The position numbers and the translations under genes are program-made. DNA of 64,000 nucleotides from a virus (taxonomy: Duplodnaviria > Caudoviricetes), in the IMG/VR virus record IMGVR_UViG_3300021387_001709, positions 1 through 64,000 of that record. The stretch is one strand, 5' to 3'. Shown one piece after another: positions 44,246 to 56,062 of the stretch (position 1 is the stretch's first letter; the number at the start of each line of letters is the position of its first letter). Under the pieces are notes generated by a model that saw nothing but the letters and a program-made list of their open reading frames with translations, searched no databases and had not been told where the DNA came from.

Positions 44246-45874
44246 TCAACTAACTCTAGCAATATACTACGCAGCTACAAAACCATAAATATGTGAATTA
44301 ACACATATGTACAGCCATTCTGAACCATCGAGAGCAGTGACCTTATCACAAACCTCGACCTCATATCCTTTTTCTAACTGAGGCCATGCCACAATATTAG
44401 CATAAGAATACCCCGGACCAGACCTCACGTTAAGATTATTATCAATTGATTTACCGATGTACTGGACGGTTTTGGTGACAGTATATGTTCCATCGGCTCG
44501 CTGTTTGTTAATTGTCGGAGTTGTTGCAGCCGAAATTGGTTTAGCCGAAGTTGGTTTCGGTGAAGTTGGTTTGGTTGTTGTAGAAGTAGCTTGTTTCGCA
44601 TCGCTTCTTTCTTTAACTAGCTAATTAATTTTCTTCAGCGTTTTAGCACCGACAACACCATCAGCTTCAAGATTATATTTCTTCTGGAACTCAACAACGG
44701 CATTGTAAGTACGTTCGCCAAATTCGCCGTCTTCATCGAGGTGAGCATTCATCAGCCAGTTAAGCTTTTTCTGTATATTCTTAACCGCATCGCCGACATC
44801 TCCATACTGAATGTCGGAAGAAGATGTTGACGCGGTAGTTGTCGCGGTACCATTCCCGACGTATCGAAGTACTGCATTCCACGGATAGTTCCGGTAATCA
44901 CGAATGAGGATTTCTCGCCCGGTTTGATCGCCGGGTTGTCCGCCGGTTGCTTTTCCGAGTTCATTCACACTGGCTTCGACTTCTTTGCCGGCTCCGCAAT
45001 ACATAGCGACATGATGTACATGGTTAAGAAGAACATCTCCGCGCTACATACCGTTCCCCGTATTGAGATTGACGGTGCCGGTAACATCCTTAAAACCGTA
45101 CTTGATAAATGCCTAGTACATGTCGCCGGTATATGTAGCGCCACCTTTGGATTTGACCGGTACTCCGGCTTGCTCCCAGGCGGTAATCGTTAAGCTCGAA
45201 CAATCGTAATCCCCGCGCTCATTCCAACGATATGCCTGATCGTAACCGTGAGACGCATCTTTTGCTACTTTCTCCATAAATGAGATTGCTGATTCAATAA
45301 TTGCAGCTACATTGGAAGAACTCGATTGAGTAGTAGTTGTTGCGGATACGGGAGTTTCGGTATTCGCTGGTTTGCTAATATAGCCAAAAGCATCTGTATA
45401 TCCCGAAGCTCCATCCGGAAAACAAAAGAATGTCCAAGACGAACCATAGACATTCTTTACTTTGGTAACATCTTTTTTATACTTACTCCGATCTGTTGGA
45501 GTAAAACTAACTCCATTGTTGCTTGCACTTGCGATGTCTGATAAACAATCATATTCGTCCACGTAGGACGGGAGACTACGATTACCGTTGAGAATAACGT
45601 CCCTCACCGCATTAATTACAGACTGCGGAGCATAATTACCATTGATATACGGTTTATTAAATGATTCCGTTCCATACCAACCGGATTTCACCGTACAATC
45701 AAATGGGTTACTGTATTTCTTAGTTTGATACCGTTCATAATAGTTCAGCATATGTGACGCACATGCTCTTACTCCGGCATCATTGGAACCCTACTCGCGG
45801 TAACATATATTTGCCAGACCGCGAATTTGGGATTCTGTAAGGTTATATGATTTTCCTTTGTAAACTTCTGACAT
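44246..45874 (-). CDS. Multidomain endolysin: N-terminal hydrolase-like domain, NlpC/P60, PG-binding 1 and SH3b (542 aa, 5 TAG)
   Basis: DYDCSS..GM(Q)RGDVLLNHVHHVAMY; DGEFGERT..AV..FQK..L.ADGVVG; LNVRSGPG; one frame with only TAG interruptions. Confidence 0.88.
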
Positions 45875-45891
45875 TGGTTATCACCTACCTT

Positions 45892-48800
45892 TTAATTATC
45901 TGGAATCTGTCCAATATTTAATAAATATATACCGGGAGTACCACCGCTACTTGTTACTTTTACGCTCGTGGATGTTACAGTAATTGTCAAATTTGGGGCT
46001 TTCACTAAAGTGCTGCATGACTAATCATCCGGTCTTATAATAAATAACCCTCTGGCATTGCTATCGACGTTAGAAGCACCATGAGAACATATTAACAAAT
46101 AAACATTAGGAGAACTAATAGATGCAGCCGTATTAATTTTAAGCTTGGTGAAAAATGGAACATACCTTGAATCATGATTATGACTTGAAGATGCATAATT
46201 GCTATGAGTATGTCCCGCCGTGGCAAAATAAGAATCTGCTTTATATGCCGCCGAATTAAGTCCATGTACTTTAACAGATTTTCCGGCAATTGTAATATAT
46301 CCGTTGGTGTCTGATTCGACTACACTTATAGCATGTTTATGATCTCCTCTGGCATAATTAGGAGAACTCCCCGCAGATCCGCTTGTCCCAATAGCTTGTG
46401 GGATAGAAGTATATGGATCTATTATAGTGCCACCTCCACTACTACTACTATTCATAGCCTTCTCTAAGCATTGCCCCAAATTATATAATTTAACACCTGA
46501 ACTTGTTTCAGAGTGTGCTTTTACGTATACTCTGGTGGAAGTAGGGCTTGTTAATAAACACGCACTTGCCGATGTTCCATAACGTATCCAATTATTTAAG
46601 CTTGAATCTGATGAATCGCTTGGAATGTCATATTCCATAGCGCTTTTTACTGAAACAGCCGTGGCCGTTGCAGTTGACGATGATGAGTCTTGATATGTAA
46701 CGTTATAACCTCTGCTATAATTATCTAGTCTTATATTTCCACTTGTACTAATATCTGAACTAACCCTCAAGAAACCATTCATCCTAATATCTCCGGATCC
46801 GCTGGAGTCATAAATCTCTAATAACTCTTTGTTAGTTGATCCGCTCCTTACAATAAAACTATATGTTTCTATAGACACCGAATCAGCGATATTATAATCC
46901 CCACTTGGGTTCATTGTGCCATGTATTCGTATATTTTTTGCATATAACTCAGCTAAATTAGTGCCGCCATCTACCGGAACTCTTTCGAAACGCACTCCCA
47001 GTTCCGGACGAGGGTCTTTCCAATAAAACGTATCATTATTCAAATTTGCGAATATCATCCCAAAACCAACAGCTCTATGATTTGTCACAGAACCAGTAGA
47101 TTTATTTGCTCCGGCTCTAATAATTTCAAAATCTTCGCCGATTGTAGCCCCATCGTCAATCGGATCACCATGAATTTTATAACTCCTATAAGCTTTAAAA
47201 TCTTTTGCATATGCGGTACCCATATACGTCTAACCGCCGGCTGTTACGCCGAATCCCGGGCCAATGGCAAATCTTAAATTGCTCTGACTTTCGCCCCCTA
47301 TTTCACGGGCAAATACGGTTGAAGATAACCGTATATCTCCATAGGCCGGAGTAGAAGACGGGTTCTTATCCCCAGTAAATATCGAGTCGCCATCAATGGT
47401 AAACCCTCCAATTTTACCGCCGGTAGCTTTAATACTAGTGGTATATAAATCACCGCTTGTTGTAACGCCAAAAGTACTTCCGGCAGTTATTGCCCAGCCA
47501 CTGATAGATTCAGAACCGGCAATCCTCGCACTGCCTGCTGACCCATTCGGAATTAAATACACACCGCCGCTCGCTCCGAATGTACCTTTATATAAACTAG
47601 TAGAATTAATCATCCAGCCGCCAATATTACCGCCTGTTGCCTAGAGAGCGTGAGCGTAGACAACGCCCGTATTGCTTACTGCAAAATTATCGCCTATAGC
47701 AAATCTTAGCCCGGTGGTATTAGATGAGTCACCCGACAATTTTCTCGAAAAATCGTTCGTAGATAATGCCACAGCGCCGGAAGTAACTGCCCCAACAGCA
47801 GATCCACTGTAAATAGCAGTGCTATTGATTGTAAATCCGCCGATTTTACCACCCGTAGCGGTAATAGTTCCCTAGATATTAGCGGAATCAGCGTATAGCG
47901 CACCGTTAGTAGTAACTCCAAAACTGTCCCCTGCGGTAATAGCCCAACCACTAATACTACCTGAGCCGGCGATAGAAGCGGTACTTGATGAACCTCCGGG
48001 GATTAAGAATATACCGCTACTACCGAGTACCGCAGTGTTTCCACTATATAATTTGTCAGATGCGATTATCCAGTTACCAATTTTCCCCGCCGTGGAATAT
48101 ACTCTACCTACGTTATCTACGCCAAAGCTGTCATCTATAGCAATAGTCCATGTATTACCGGTACTGCCCCCGATTGTGACGTCCGCTTTACGATAACCGG
48201 TAGGACTCAAAATCATACTGTTAGTTTGTGCCAAATCTTTATACTTGATGTAGTTACCGGTTATATCCCAACCGGCAATTTTTCCGTAAGTTACATATAA
48301 ACCGCCATCAATATTAACGCCAAAAGTATTGCGAGAAGTAATTACCCATCCCGATTTATTAGCCGCAGAACCGCCAATAGCAGCCTGTCCGTTGTTAGCC
48401 ATGGTGCTGCCGGAGCCGCCTGGGATAAGAAATACACTCCCATTATCTGGGTCTGCAAAATTACCTTTTGATAAATGGCTGGCTGATATTTCCCAGCCTC
48501 CTATTATCCCTGCATCGGCAACGATATAACCTTCAAGCCACGCATTACCTTTAGTATAGAAGCCCCATTGATAATTTAATGTAGTATCAGTTCCGGTGGT
48601 TTTATTCCTATATTTTAGATTTCCAAGGTTACCCATTCTGGCAACGGGGTTCGCATCAGTACCGCCATAAACATCAACGTAAGATAATCTATTTTCTCCA
48701 TAAGAAGTCAATACTAAACCAATAGGGTATAAATAATCCCCGGATTTTACCTTATATAGCATTATGGCAAAATCTTTTAATTCGGCAGCCGGATATGTCA

Positions 48801-49557
48801 CACCCTAAGTCAATCTGTTTGCGTTGGCAATTATTGCAGTGATTTGCATTGTATGAGTAGATAAGTTGACTTTTGTCATTGTACCGTCACTTGCACCCAA
48901 CACACATGTGTCAATTGCCCCGCTAAGTTTAACTTTAGAACCGTTTCTCCAATTAGCACCTCCGGCAGTCCAATAATCCTAAACCGTAGAAGACCCGGTG
49001 GTATCTTTGATATTCGGATCGTATACGGTTAAAGTGACAGTAGTCCCACTTATACTAATAATAGTTACTGTGGTTTCTGTGCCACCGTAAACCGTGGGAG
49101 CCACCAATAATGTCCCTCCGAGATTCTAGATTGTCATGTGCTCGGCAACAGTAGACCATCGAAGACCACCAATAATATCTACATCTCCATCTATCCGTAC
49201 TTTATCTCCGAAATTGGAGGTGCTGTTTACTACAAGCTACCTCAACGTTGTCGTACCGGAAGTGACATCTAAGTTCGGATAAATTTTGAGAACTCCGGAC
49301 GAACTTTCGTAAATTTGGCTTGTAATAGCTGATTTGGTCGTATCATAATGAAAATTAATAGTGTGATTCGGGCTTTTTATGTCTAGGTTATATTTTATAT
49401 CAACTTCACCATTAAACGTCGAACCCCCAGACACGGTTAATGTTTCCGCCGCCAAATCGCTCATTGTCGTAGTTCCGCCGACTTCAATATCTGAAAAGTA
49501 CGCTTTTTGCAAAAAACGCGAAGCACCGTTAACAACTAAATTCTTTAAAATAGCCAT
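45892..49557 (-). CDS. Tail fibre/spike-like protein with G.IGGW.I repeats (1221 aa, 8 TAG)
   Basis: Four ORF-track pieces share one frame; only TAG stops occur before TAA at 45892. Confidence 0.8.
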
Positions 49558-49590
49558 ATAATCCCCCTTTCTCCTTTAGGAGAGGGGAAA

Positions 49591-50091
49591 TTATTCCCGC
49601 TCTCCAAGAATTGCGTCAATCATATTAAGCGTATCGAAGCCGACGCTTTCATCGATAGAATCAATATACTCATCGATATTGATACCATTATATTCATAGG
49701 TGTTCTGCTCTTTAAGGATGTCCTCTATTTTAGAATTAAATTCCTTAATCACGTTCTGGTACTCCTCAAGATACTCTTCTTTAACCTGAAGACCATCTTT
49801 CATAATTTCATTTCCGTCATCATCAACCACAGGATTACCTGAGTCGTCAAGTTCCGGGATTAATGTTTTGTCTGCATGAGTCTCGTCAAAGTATACATCA
49901 CGAATTTTCTGAAGTTCTCCTTCTCTAAACTCCTCATATGATTTAACATCATCTCTCATTTTTTCGATGGCACGTTTCAGATTCCACTTAATTTTGAGCG
50001 GAAGTTTGTCCATAGTTTCTTTATCATTAATAAGCTGATTATAAAATGCTACACAGTTGACGGCCTCAAGTACATACAAATTCTTCTTCAT
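49591..50091 (-). CDS. Acidic hypothetical tail-region protein
   Basis: 166 aa, AAGGAG RBS. Confidence 0.7.
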   Translation of the reverse strand: MKKNLYVLEAVNCVAFYNQLINDKETMDKLPLKIKWNLKRAIEKMRDDVKSYEEFREGELQKIRDVYFDETHADKTLIPELDDSGNPVVDDDGNEIMKDGLQVKEEYLEEYQNVIKEFNSKIEDILKEQNTYEYNGINIDEYIDSIDESVGFDTLNMIDAILGERE

Positions 50092-50181
50092 AATATTATT
50101 CTCCTTTTCTTCATAAATCTACATTCAAATTAATAAATATACACTGCTTATGCATAATTATACATAAACCATGTTTTGTCT

Positions 50182-51042
50182 TTATTCAGTTGCATCATCG
50201 TCTCCATAGACGATATTCATAAATTCATCGATAGCAGCACTACCGTCACCGCCGCCTTGCCCTGGAGTAGTTCCGATGTGCGGAAGATTTGCGATTGCCG
50301 CGCTATAAAGTTCGGTATATTTTTCGCTAGTCGCAGAATCAAAATCCATAGCAAAAGAATAACCAGCAACTTCATCCTTGGTAGTAGCACCGGTAATCAA
50401 TTCTTTTACCAGAGTAAGTCGGATATTGTTAGCGTTAACAAACTGCTGCATAGCAAGATATACCTTCATAAAATCATCAACCGAGTAGTTAACTCCGTTA
50501 TATGGTACGGTCGTGATTTCTCCGTCGCTGGAGATAATCACATTGTACAGATTCATAATAGCCATCTGGGCATCTGGACTCATTGAAAACAGTTTGCTTC
50601 CGTCCGATAATTCTATGTGTGTGCCAATTGTAATAGTATCAAGATAATCAGCATCAGCACGTTTAAGATAGTAGTTCTTAACCTCGGTAAGTGTCATGGT
50701 GTCGGGATCGACTACCGGATTGAGCTGGCGACTAATTCGTTCAACTTCTTCAACGATGTTAGCTTTTGTCAGAGTGACCGCCATAGTCTCGGCAAATTTG
50801 CCTTCGCTTTCGACAAATGTGCGTCCTAGGTAAGTAATTTGGTCAAAACCCGTAAAACAGGTGTACGTAGCTGCAGGTATTCCTTGATTTAAAATATCCA
50901 ATGAAATGATGTTTTCAAAGGCTGTCTTGACTGTTTCGAAATCGGAACTCTGGACATATAATGTGAGGTCGTTCCTAAATATATTTGCGTCCCAACGGGC
51001 CAGTCTAAATATTGTATCATTAACCTTGACTGTAATAATCAT
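50182..51042 (-). CDS. Tail-associated protein (possible fibre assembly factor)
   Basis: ATG at 51042 just after the upstream stop; function inferred from context. Confidence 0.6.
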   Translation of the reverse strand: MIITVKVNDTIFRLARWDANIFRNDLTLYVQSSDFETVKTAFENIISLDILNQGIPAATYTCFTGFDQITYLGRTFVESEGKFAETMAVTLTKANIVEEVERISRQLNPVVDPDTMTLTEVKNYYLKRADADYLDTITIGTHIELSDGSKLFSMSPDAQMAIMNLYNVIISSDGEITTVPYNGVNYSVDDFMKVYLAMQQFVNANNIRLTLVKELITGATTKDEVAGYSFAMDFDSATSEKYTELYSAAIANLPHIGTTPGQGGGDGSAAIDEFMNIVYGDDDATE

Positions 51043-51043
51043 A

Positions 51044-51712
51044 TTATTCCACCACCTTCCAGCCGGCTGGATATGCTGCCGGACTCCATACGTTGTTGTC
51101 AATAAGTGACTCATAAACTGTGCCCTCATAAGTTACCTTGTCACCGGTCATATACGGATTTCCGGCATCCGGCTGTGTCCACTCGGGAATTTCTTCAGTC
51201 GGTTCCGGAGTTGGTTCTGGTTCAGGTTCAGGAGTTGGTTCAGGTTCCGGAGTTGGCTCGTCGCCGCCCTCATCCTCGCTATCAACGACCTCGAAGTAGT
51301 TACCGACTAATGAAGCAGCAGTAGCATAAAGCGGTTGACCGCTGTCTCGGATACACAAATAGAGGATTCCGTCCTCGGTATAATAAAGATCCTTGTACAC
51401 CGTAAGATTTTCATTGTACGGAATCGGGTCATCAATAGCACCGCTATGGATTTCATCAATACGTTCCCACAGAGAAGCAGTAGCAGTGGACGGTTCCCAA
51501 CCGGTCTGAGAAGTATGCGCCTGACGGCACTTCCACAGTTCTACCTCATCCGCCGGCTTATAGCTTACACGCTTACCGACTTCATATGAGGTATCGGGTT
51601 TCCAGCGTTCCACAAATGTTGCCACAGACAATGCTGTCTGATCATCAAGAGTTTCAGTTACATATTCGAGAAGCTTGCGAAGCTCTCTCGCTTTATCCGT
51701 AATATTACTCAT
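51044..51712 (-). CDS. Protein with CBM5/12-like carbohydrate-binding modules and a Pro-Glu linker
   Basis: WKPDTSYEVGKRVSY..WKCRQAHTSQ; EPTPEPEP linker; WTQP..Y.TGDKVTYEG..YES. Confidence 0.78.
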   Translation of the reverse strand: MSNITDKARELRKLLEYVTETLDDQTALSVATFVERWKPDTSYEVGKRVSYKPADEVELWKCRQAHTSQTGWEPSTATASLWERIDEIHSGAIDDPIPYNENLTVYKDLYYTEDGILYLCIRDSGQPLYATAASLVGNYFEVVDSEDEGGDEPTPEPEPTPEPEPEPTPEPTEEIPEWTQPDAGNPYMTGDKVTYEGTVYESLIDNNVWSPAAYPAGWKVVE

Positions 51713-51726
51713 AGTTATTTCCCTCC

Positions 51727-51888
51727 TTAATCTCCATCTTTAAGATTATCTTTAATTTCTGTTAGAATTGCCTAGATGGCTTCTTTAATTTCCAGGTTTT
51801 CAGCTTTGAGATTGTCAATTTCACCATCTATATATTGTTTTGTTCTCTAAAGAGATGTCTGTAATTGATCTAATGTTGCAATTGCCAT
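51727..51888 (-). CDS. Small coiled-coil protein (53 aa, 2 TAG)
   Basis: Absent from the ORF track; fills the gap exactly with an RBS if TAG is sense. Confidence 0.6.
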
Positions 51889-51905
51889 TATTACTCACCT
51901 TCCTC

Positions 51906-53363
51906 TCATGAGAACACCTGGTTTAACATTGCAGTCACGGCGGCATTAGTTGCTATATCAGCAGCCGTAACATAATCAGATAAGTCAAGTTTAGTGTCCC
52001 CAATTTTCTCAAATGCACTTCCGGTATAAATAAATTCATAGTATATATTAGTAGTTTCTGCCATTTCATTCGATAAACTATTTGCCGGCTTTGGCACTAA
52101 GTAAATGACTCCGAGTTCACCGGTTAACGTTGGAACATATGTAGTTGTGTTATATTCGCCAGTGCCGCACACATGATAACGAGTACTGACAAGATTATCT
52201 ATTGCAGAACTGATCGCAGCATCTACTCCAAGCATAGATTGGATAGCGGATTTAGCTTCATCGGTATATTGACCTACGGCATTAGAAGAGGATGATTGTG
52301 TTGTATCTCCAGCAGCTTTGGCTAACCCATAAAATGTCGCAGAATGTTCGATAGACGGAGTAATTGGTTTATAATTATTTGTGCCTTGTTTGGCATGAGT
52401 GGTTAATGCCGGATCAGTTCTTAATAATCCATCATTACCAACTACAATGCCTCCGTCAGCATTTGATTTAACAACACCTAGTACAGAAGCAGTGGCCAAT
52501 GGTATATTCGCAACCCTATTCTCAAGAATAGACGTCCCATTAATCTGAATATTATCAACCTTCCTGGCTTCTCCAAATTCCCAGGAAGTTACTTTGCCGT
52601 TGGAAATCGTCTTTGGCATCATAGCTTTGCCAACATCCTCAGCGGTAGCAGTTCCATACTGGAGAACGGCTTCTTTAGTTGCTAATCTATTGGTAAGTTC
52701 AGAAGTAGTAGCATAATTGCTGTCATTGGTCAATTGACTATTTTTGGTCGGAATACTTGCTTCGAGAGTATCAAGTTCTCCGTCTACATACTGTTTGGTA
52801 GTATAGTCACTGTCATTAGTTAGTTGACTGGTTTTGGTCGGGATTGCCGATTCAACTCCGGAAATCTCATCATCAACATAACCTTTGGTTGTGTAGTCAC
52901 TATCATTAGTTAATTCACTCGTTTTAGTCGGAATAGTGCCGGAAAGTTCATCAAGCGCTTGAGTCATCTCTTGGGCGAGTTGATTATCTGCGTCATCAAA
53001 TTCTTGTCTGATTACAGTAGCAGTTTGAGATAGCGACTGGTTAACCTCGGCAATCGCATCACCGGTTGCTTTGGCATCGGCGGATTGCCCAGTGTTCTTC
53101 AGAGTAGCATCAACAAGTGGAATAGCAATGTTGACGCTCTTTTGGTCAATAGCTTGCGCATTGCCATTGACCCGAATTGATTCTATCAAATTCTCCTAGG
53201 CGCCGGACTCGATTGATTCCAATTTCACCACGTCGGCATCAGAATAGTTGTTATCGGACAATGACTTCCCGGGTTCTTTGTCAACCTTGGTGGCTAATTT
53301 CTCCTTCATGTAGGCAACCAGAGTACGGACTCCGTCCAAAGAAAGAAATTCTGGTTTTGCCAT
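51906..53363 (-). CDS. Fibre-like structural protein with IPTKTS.LTNDS repeats (485 aa, 1 TAG)
   Basis: KVDKEPGKSLSDNNYS..KLESIESGA(Q)ENLIE; three IPTK.S.LTNDS.Y repeats. Confidence 0.8.
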
Positions 53364-53382
53364 AATGTATCACCTTCCTTTC

Positions 53383-53706
53383 TTATTCGTTATTTAATAA
53401 ATCGTTGAGCTCCTCCTGGCTGATCTCGTCAGTCGGTAGCATAAATAATTCCTTTAGTTCGCCGGTTAATTCTATACCGTTGAGGGTTGGGAGATTAGTC
53501 AATAGTTCATAGTCGATTGTGTTGAGATCAATTAAATCTGTCCATGTGTCCTCATCTAAATATTTCCAGCGGAGCATAGTGCCATCGATTGATAGCTCAA
53601 CGGGGATACCGCGTAATGTTGCATTGCTGAGCAGCCCAGTAAGCGGTCTTGGAGAGGAGAGAGTACCACTTAACCCCATTGTTTGATTACTAGGCATCAC
53701 GGCCAC
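53383..53706 (-). CDS. Tail-region hypothetical protein
   Basis: LRWKY..W.DL, DYELLTNLPTLNG. Confidence 0.65.
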   Translation of the reverse strand: MAVMPSNQTMGLSGTLSSPRPLTGLLSNATLRGIPVELSIDGTMLRWKYLDEDTWTDLIDLNTIDYELLTNLPTLNGIELTGELKELFMLPTDEISQEELNDLLNNE

Positions 53707-54050
53707 CTCCTCTTATCGCCAACCTGAGGCGTAATAATAAACTTAGTAGGCGGAATGACAGTATCCACTTTCCCATTGTTAAGCACCACCTCAACATCAT
53801 AAAAATATGAAATATTTGGATCAAAATCTGTTTCTTCTGGTAATAGTCTTAATTCCAACGTATCTGTCGGAATTTCCTTCATAACAAGCGGTTCTTCTTC
53901 GTCGTCTGTACTTGTCTTAAGCGAAAATCTGATATAATCTCCAGGGTCTGGCTAATAAATATTGCCATCGGCATCGGTCAACTCAAGCGTTGTCCAGAGA
54001 CTATCACCGCGAGTACAACTAATCACGTTTTTCTTTATCCAACTACTCAT
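53697..54050 (-). CDS. BppU-like baseplate/tail protein (117 aa, 1 TAG)
   Basis: CTRGDS..Y(Q)PDPGDYIRFSLK..YFYDVEV..VDTVIPP. Confidence 0.65.
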
Positions 54051-54125
54051 ACATTAATCACCTCCATAAATCAAATAAGTCGGCTACCGAAAATATCATA
54101 TCTTCGGCAACTGACATCATAATTC

Positions 54126-54337
54126 TTAGCTTTTTTGTTGAAGTCTGGCTTTCGTATTTGTTATCCATTTATCCTAAGATTCTTCACTCCACTCGTTGAA
54201 ATTTTTTGGAATTTTTGGCTTTTCCTCATGCGCTTACCAAATCCGCGAAATGATAATTCTGTTATTTGTTTCCAAATATCCAACATATTATCCATTACTT
54301 CGAACTTGGTTTCTTTTCTGTCTTTCTTTAAAATCAT
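54126..54337 (-). pseudogene. Truncated, frameshifted Avd-like DGR accessory gene
   Basis: MILKKDRKETKFEV..QITELSFRGFG resembles Firmicute Avd-like N-termini; apparent 1-nt slip in an A-run; directly after the VR hairpin. Confidence 0.5.
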
Positions 54338-54357
54338 TATTTCTCCTTTTTCTCCCT

Positions 54358-54375
54358 CCACCCCTAAAGGGGTGG
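54358..54375. other. DGR-type GC hairpin downstream of the variable region
   Basis: CCACCCC-TAAA-GGGGTGG, 2 nt beyond the stop codon of the target gene. Confidence 0.7.
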
Positions 54376-54377
54376 GA

Positions 54378-55460
54378 TTATCCGATTAGTAGGAAGCGGG
54401 GCCGAACGCCAAAAGCGTAAGCTGAACCGTTGAAGTCGGCGCGACAGGAGTAGCCGACATGAGCCACGCCGACCGCCGAGCTAACCGAACGGAGCCACCA
54501 ATAGGCCCTAGTATTAGCAAAATCCCTTTGGAGAGCAAAAATCGCAAACTGGAACTTGTCAATTCCTACCTCATATCCGACATTTTGCCAATTATTTCCT
54601 CTTCCCCATATTTGTTGACCATAAACTTGAGTCTCATTCGGCAAATCGCAGATTGACTTGCAAGTTAGGCTCGTCTAATCGTTATCGGCGAACCACGCCC
54701 ATCCACTAGCTAACCCCGATTCGGTATCTGACGATGGATTATAACATAATATAGGCAACGGTTTTACATGGGAAGAACCAAAAGCATTGATCACTATAGT
54801 ATTTGCTGCCTTCATTATTACAGTCCTCATACGACTGTATTTATATCCACCCGCAGTTGTATGAGTGTTTGGCTCTTCCATGGTGGCATTCCACTTAAAA
54901 GCAGTAGCACCTTCCTAAAAAGAAACCGTAACCCCGGCATTAGCAGTATTGATAAAAGTCAGCGTGTCGCTAGTTCCATACAAAACCGTTCCCTCCGGGA
55001 TATTCATGTTGGATCTGGGCATCATAACAAGATGATGCACATTAAAATCTATGTCTCCACATCTAATATAATAATCAAAATCTACAATAGCATAACTATT
55101 AGCCCCAACTGTTATATAATCACCAAGGAATAAGTCCTCAAAAAGTGAATACCCATTAGTACCATTAATACGTTTCCATAATGAACCGTCAGTAAGATAG
55201 CTCGTAATATCTTTTCCGCGGTATACACTATTATGCCAACCTGCTAATGCTCCGGGCGTTCTCTCATTAAGATCGGACAATGCCGCCTAAACAGATTGCG
55301 TAGCTCCCGCTAAAGTAGAAGATGCGTATTGTTCAATTATTGCCTTTGCAAGAAGATTATAATTAATCTTCTATAGCGTAGAATCATTTTTACTGATAAA
55401 AACACTGTCTGCCGCTGTAATAGCAGAAGCAGACGGTTTTGTATTTATATTTATTCCCAT
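54378..55460 (-). CDS. DGR-target-like receptor-binding protein, CLec/DUF6273-like C-terminus (360 aa, 4 TAG)
   Basis: Three pieces join in frame; ends YWWLRSV..AHV..A..N.S..AFGVRPRFLLIG. Confidence 0.8.
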
Positions 55461-55487
55461 ATTTTATCACCTCAATAAAATAACCAT

Positions 55488-55790
55488 TTAATCGTATAAA
55501 TAATCCTTTGTGGAATCAATACCAATTTTGTCAGCAATTGCGGCGCATAAGTCGGTAAAACTAATACGATGAATCGCAGTACCGTCACTAACAATTACCG
55601 TCCATGTATCGGAAATGGACGTTGCGGTTGATACGGTGTTAATATCTTTTGCTCCATTGATTTCCGCATAAATTGGCTGGGCGAATCTAGCCGCCCCGGT
55701 CACCATCATATTCCCGGCATTAAGTTCTGTCGTCTATACAGAATCAGCCACAAGATTATTTAGCCGAACTGTTGTATTTGTATCTGCCAT
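55488..55790 (-). CDS. Small tail-fibre-related protein (100 aa, 1 TAG)
   Basis: ELNAGNMMVTGAARF matches ELNAGNLVVTGAGRF in the large tail gene. Confidence 0.65.
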
Positions 55791-55821
55791 TAATTATCTC
55801 CTCCAATAATGGCAATATATA

Positions 55822-56052
55822 TTACCATTCAATAAATCCATTCCCCATAATTGTTCCATTATTACCAATAGAGAAAATATCAAACCCCTCATAAAATCCA
55901 TGAGATAGATTATAGCCATCCATGTAACTGTCTAAAAGAGTTTCGCCGCCCTCGTCCAGAAGAGATACATTATTTTCATCCACTAATAAATATAATGAAC
56001 TTGAAATTGCAGGAGTGGCATGAACCACTCCCGTCTTATAAAAACTAGCCAT
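55822..56052 (-). CDS. Small tail-region protein
   Basis: GGAGG RBS, TAA stop. Confidence 0.65.
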   Translation of the reverse strand: MASFYKTGVVHATPAISSSLYLLVDENNVSLLDEGGETLLDSYMDGYNLSHGFYEGFDIFSIGNNGTIMGNGFIEW

Positions 56053-56062
56053 AGAATCCTCC

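Noticed and set aside
51197-51258. Tandem DNA repeat as a non-coding array
   Set aside because: It encodes the Pro-Glu-Thr linker of the CBM protein
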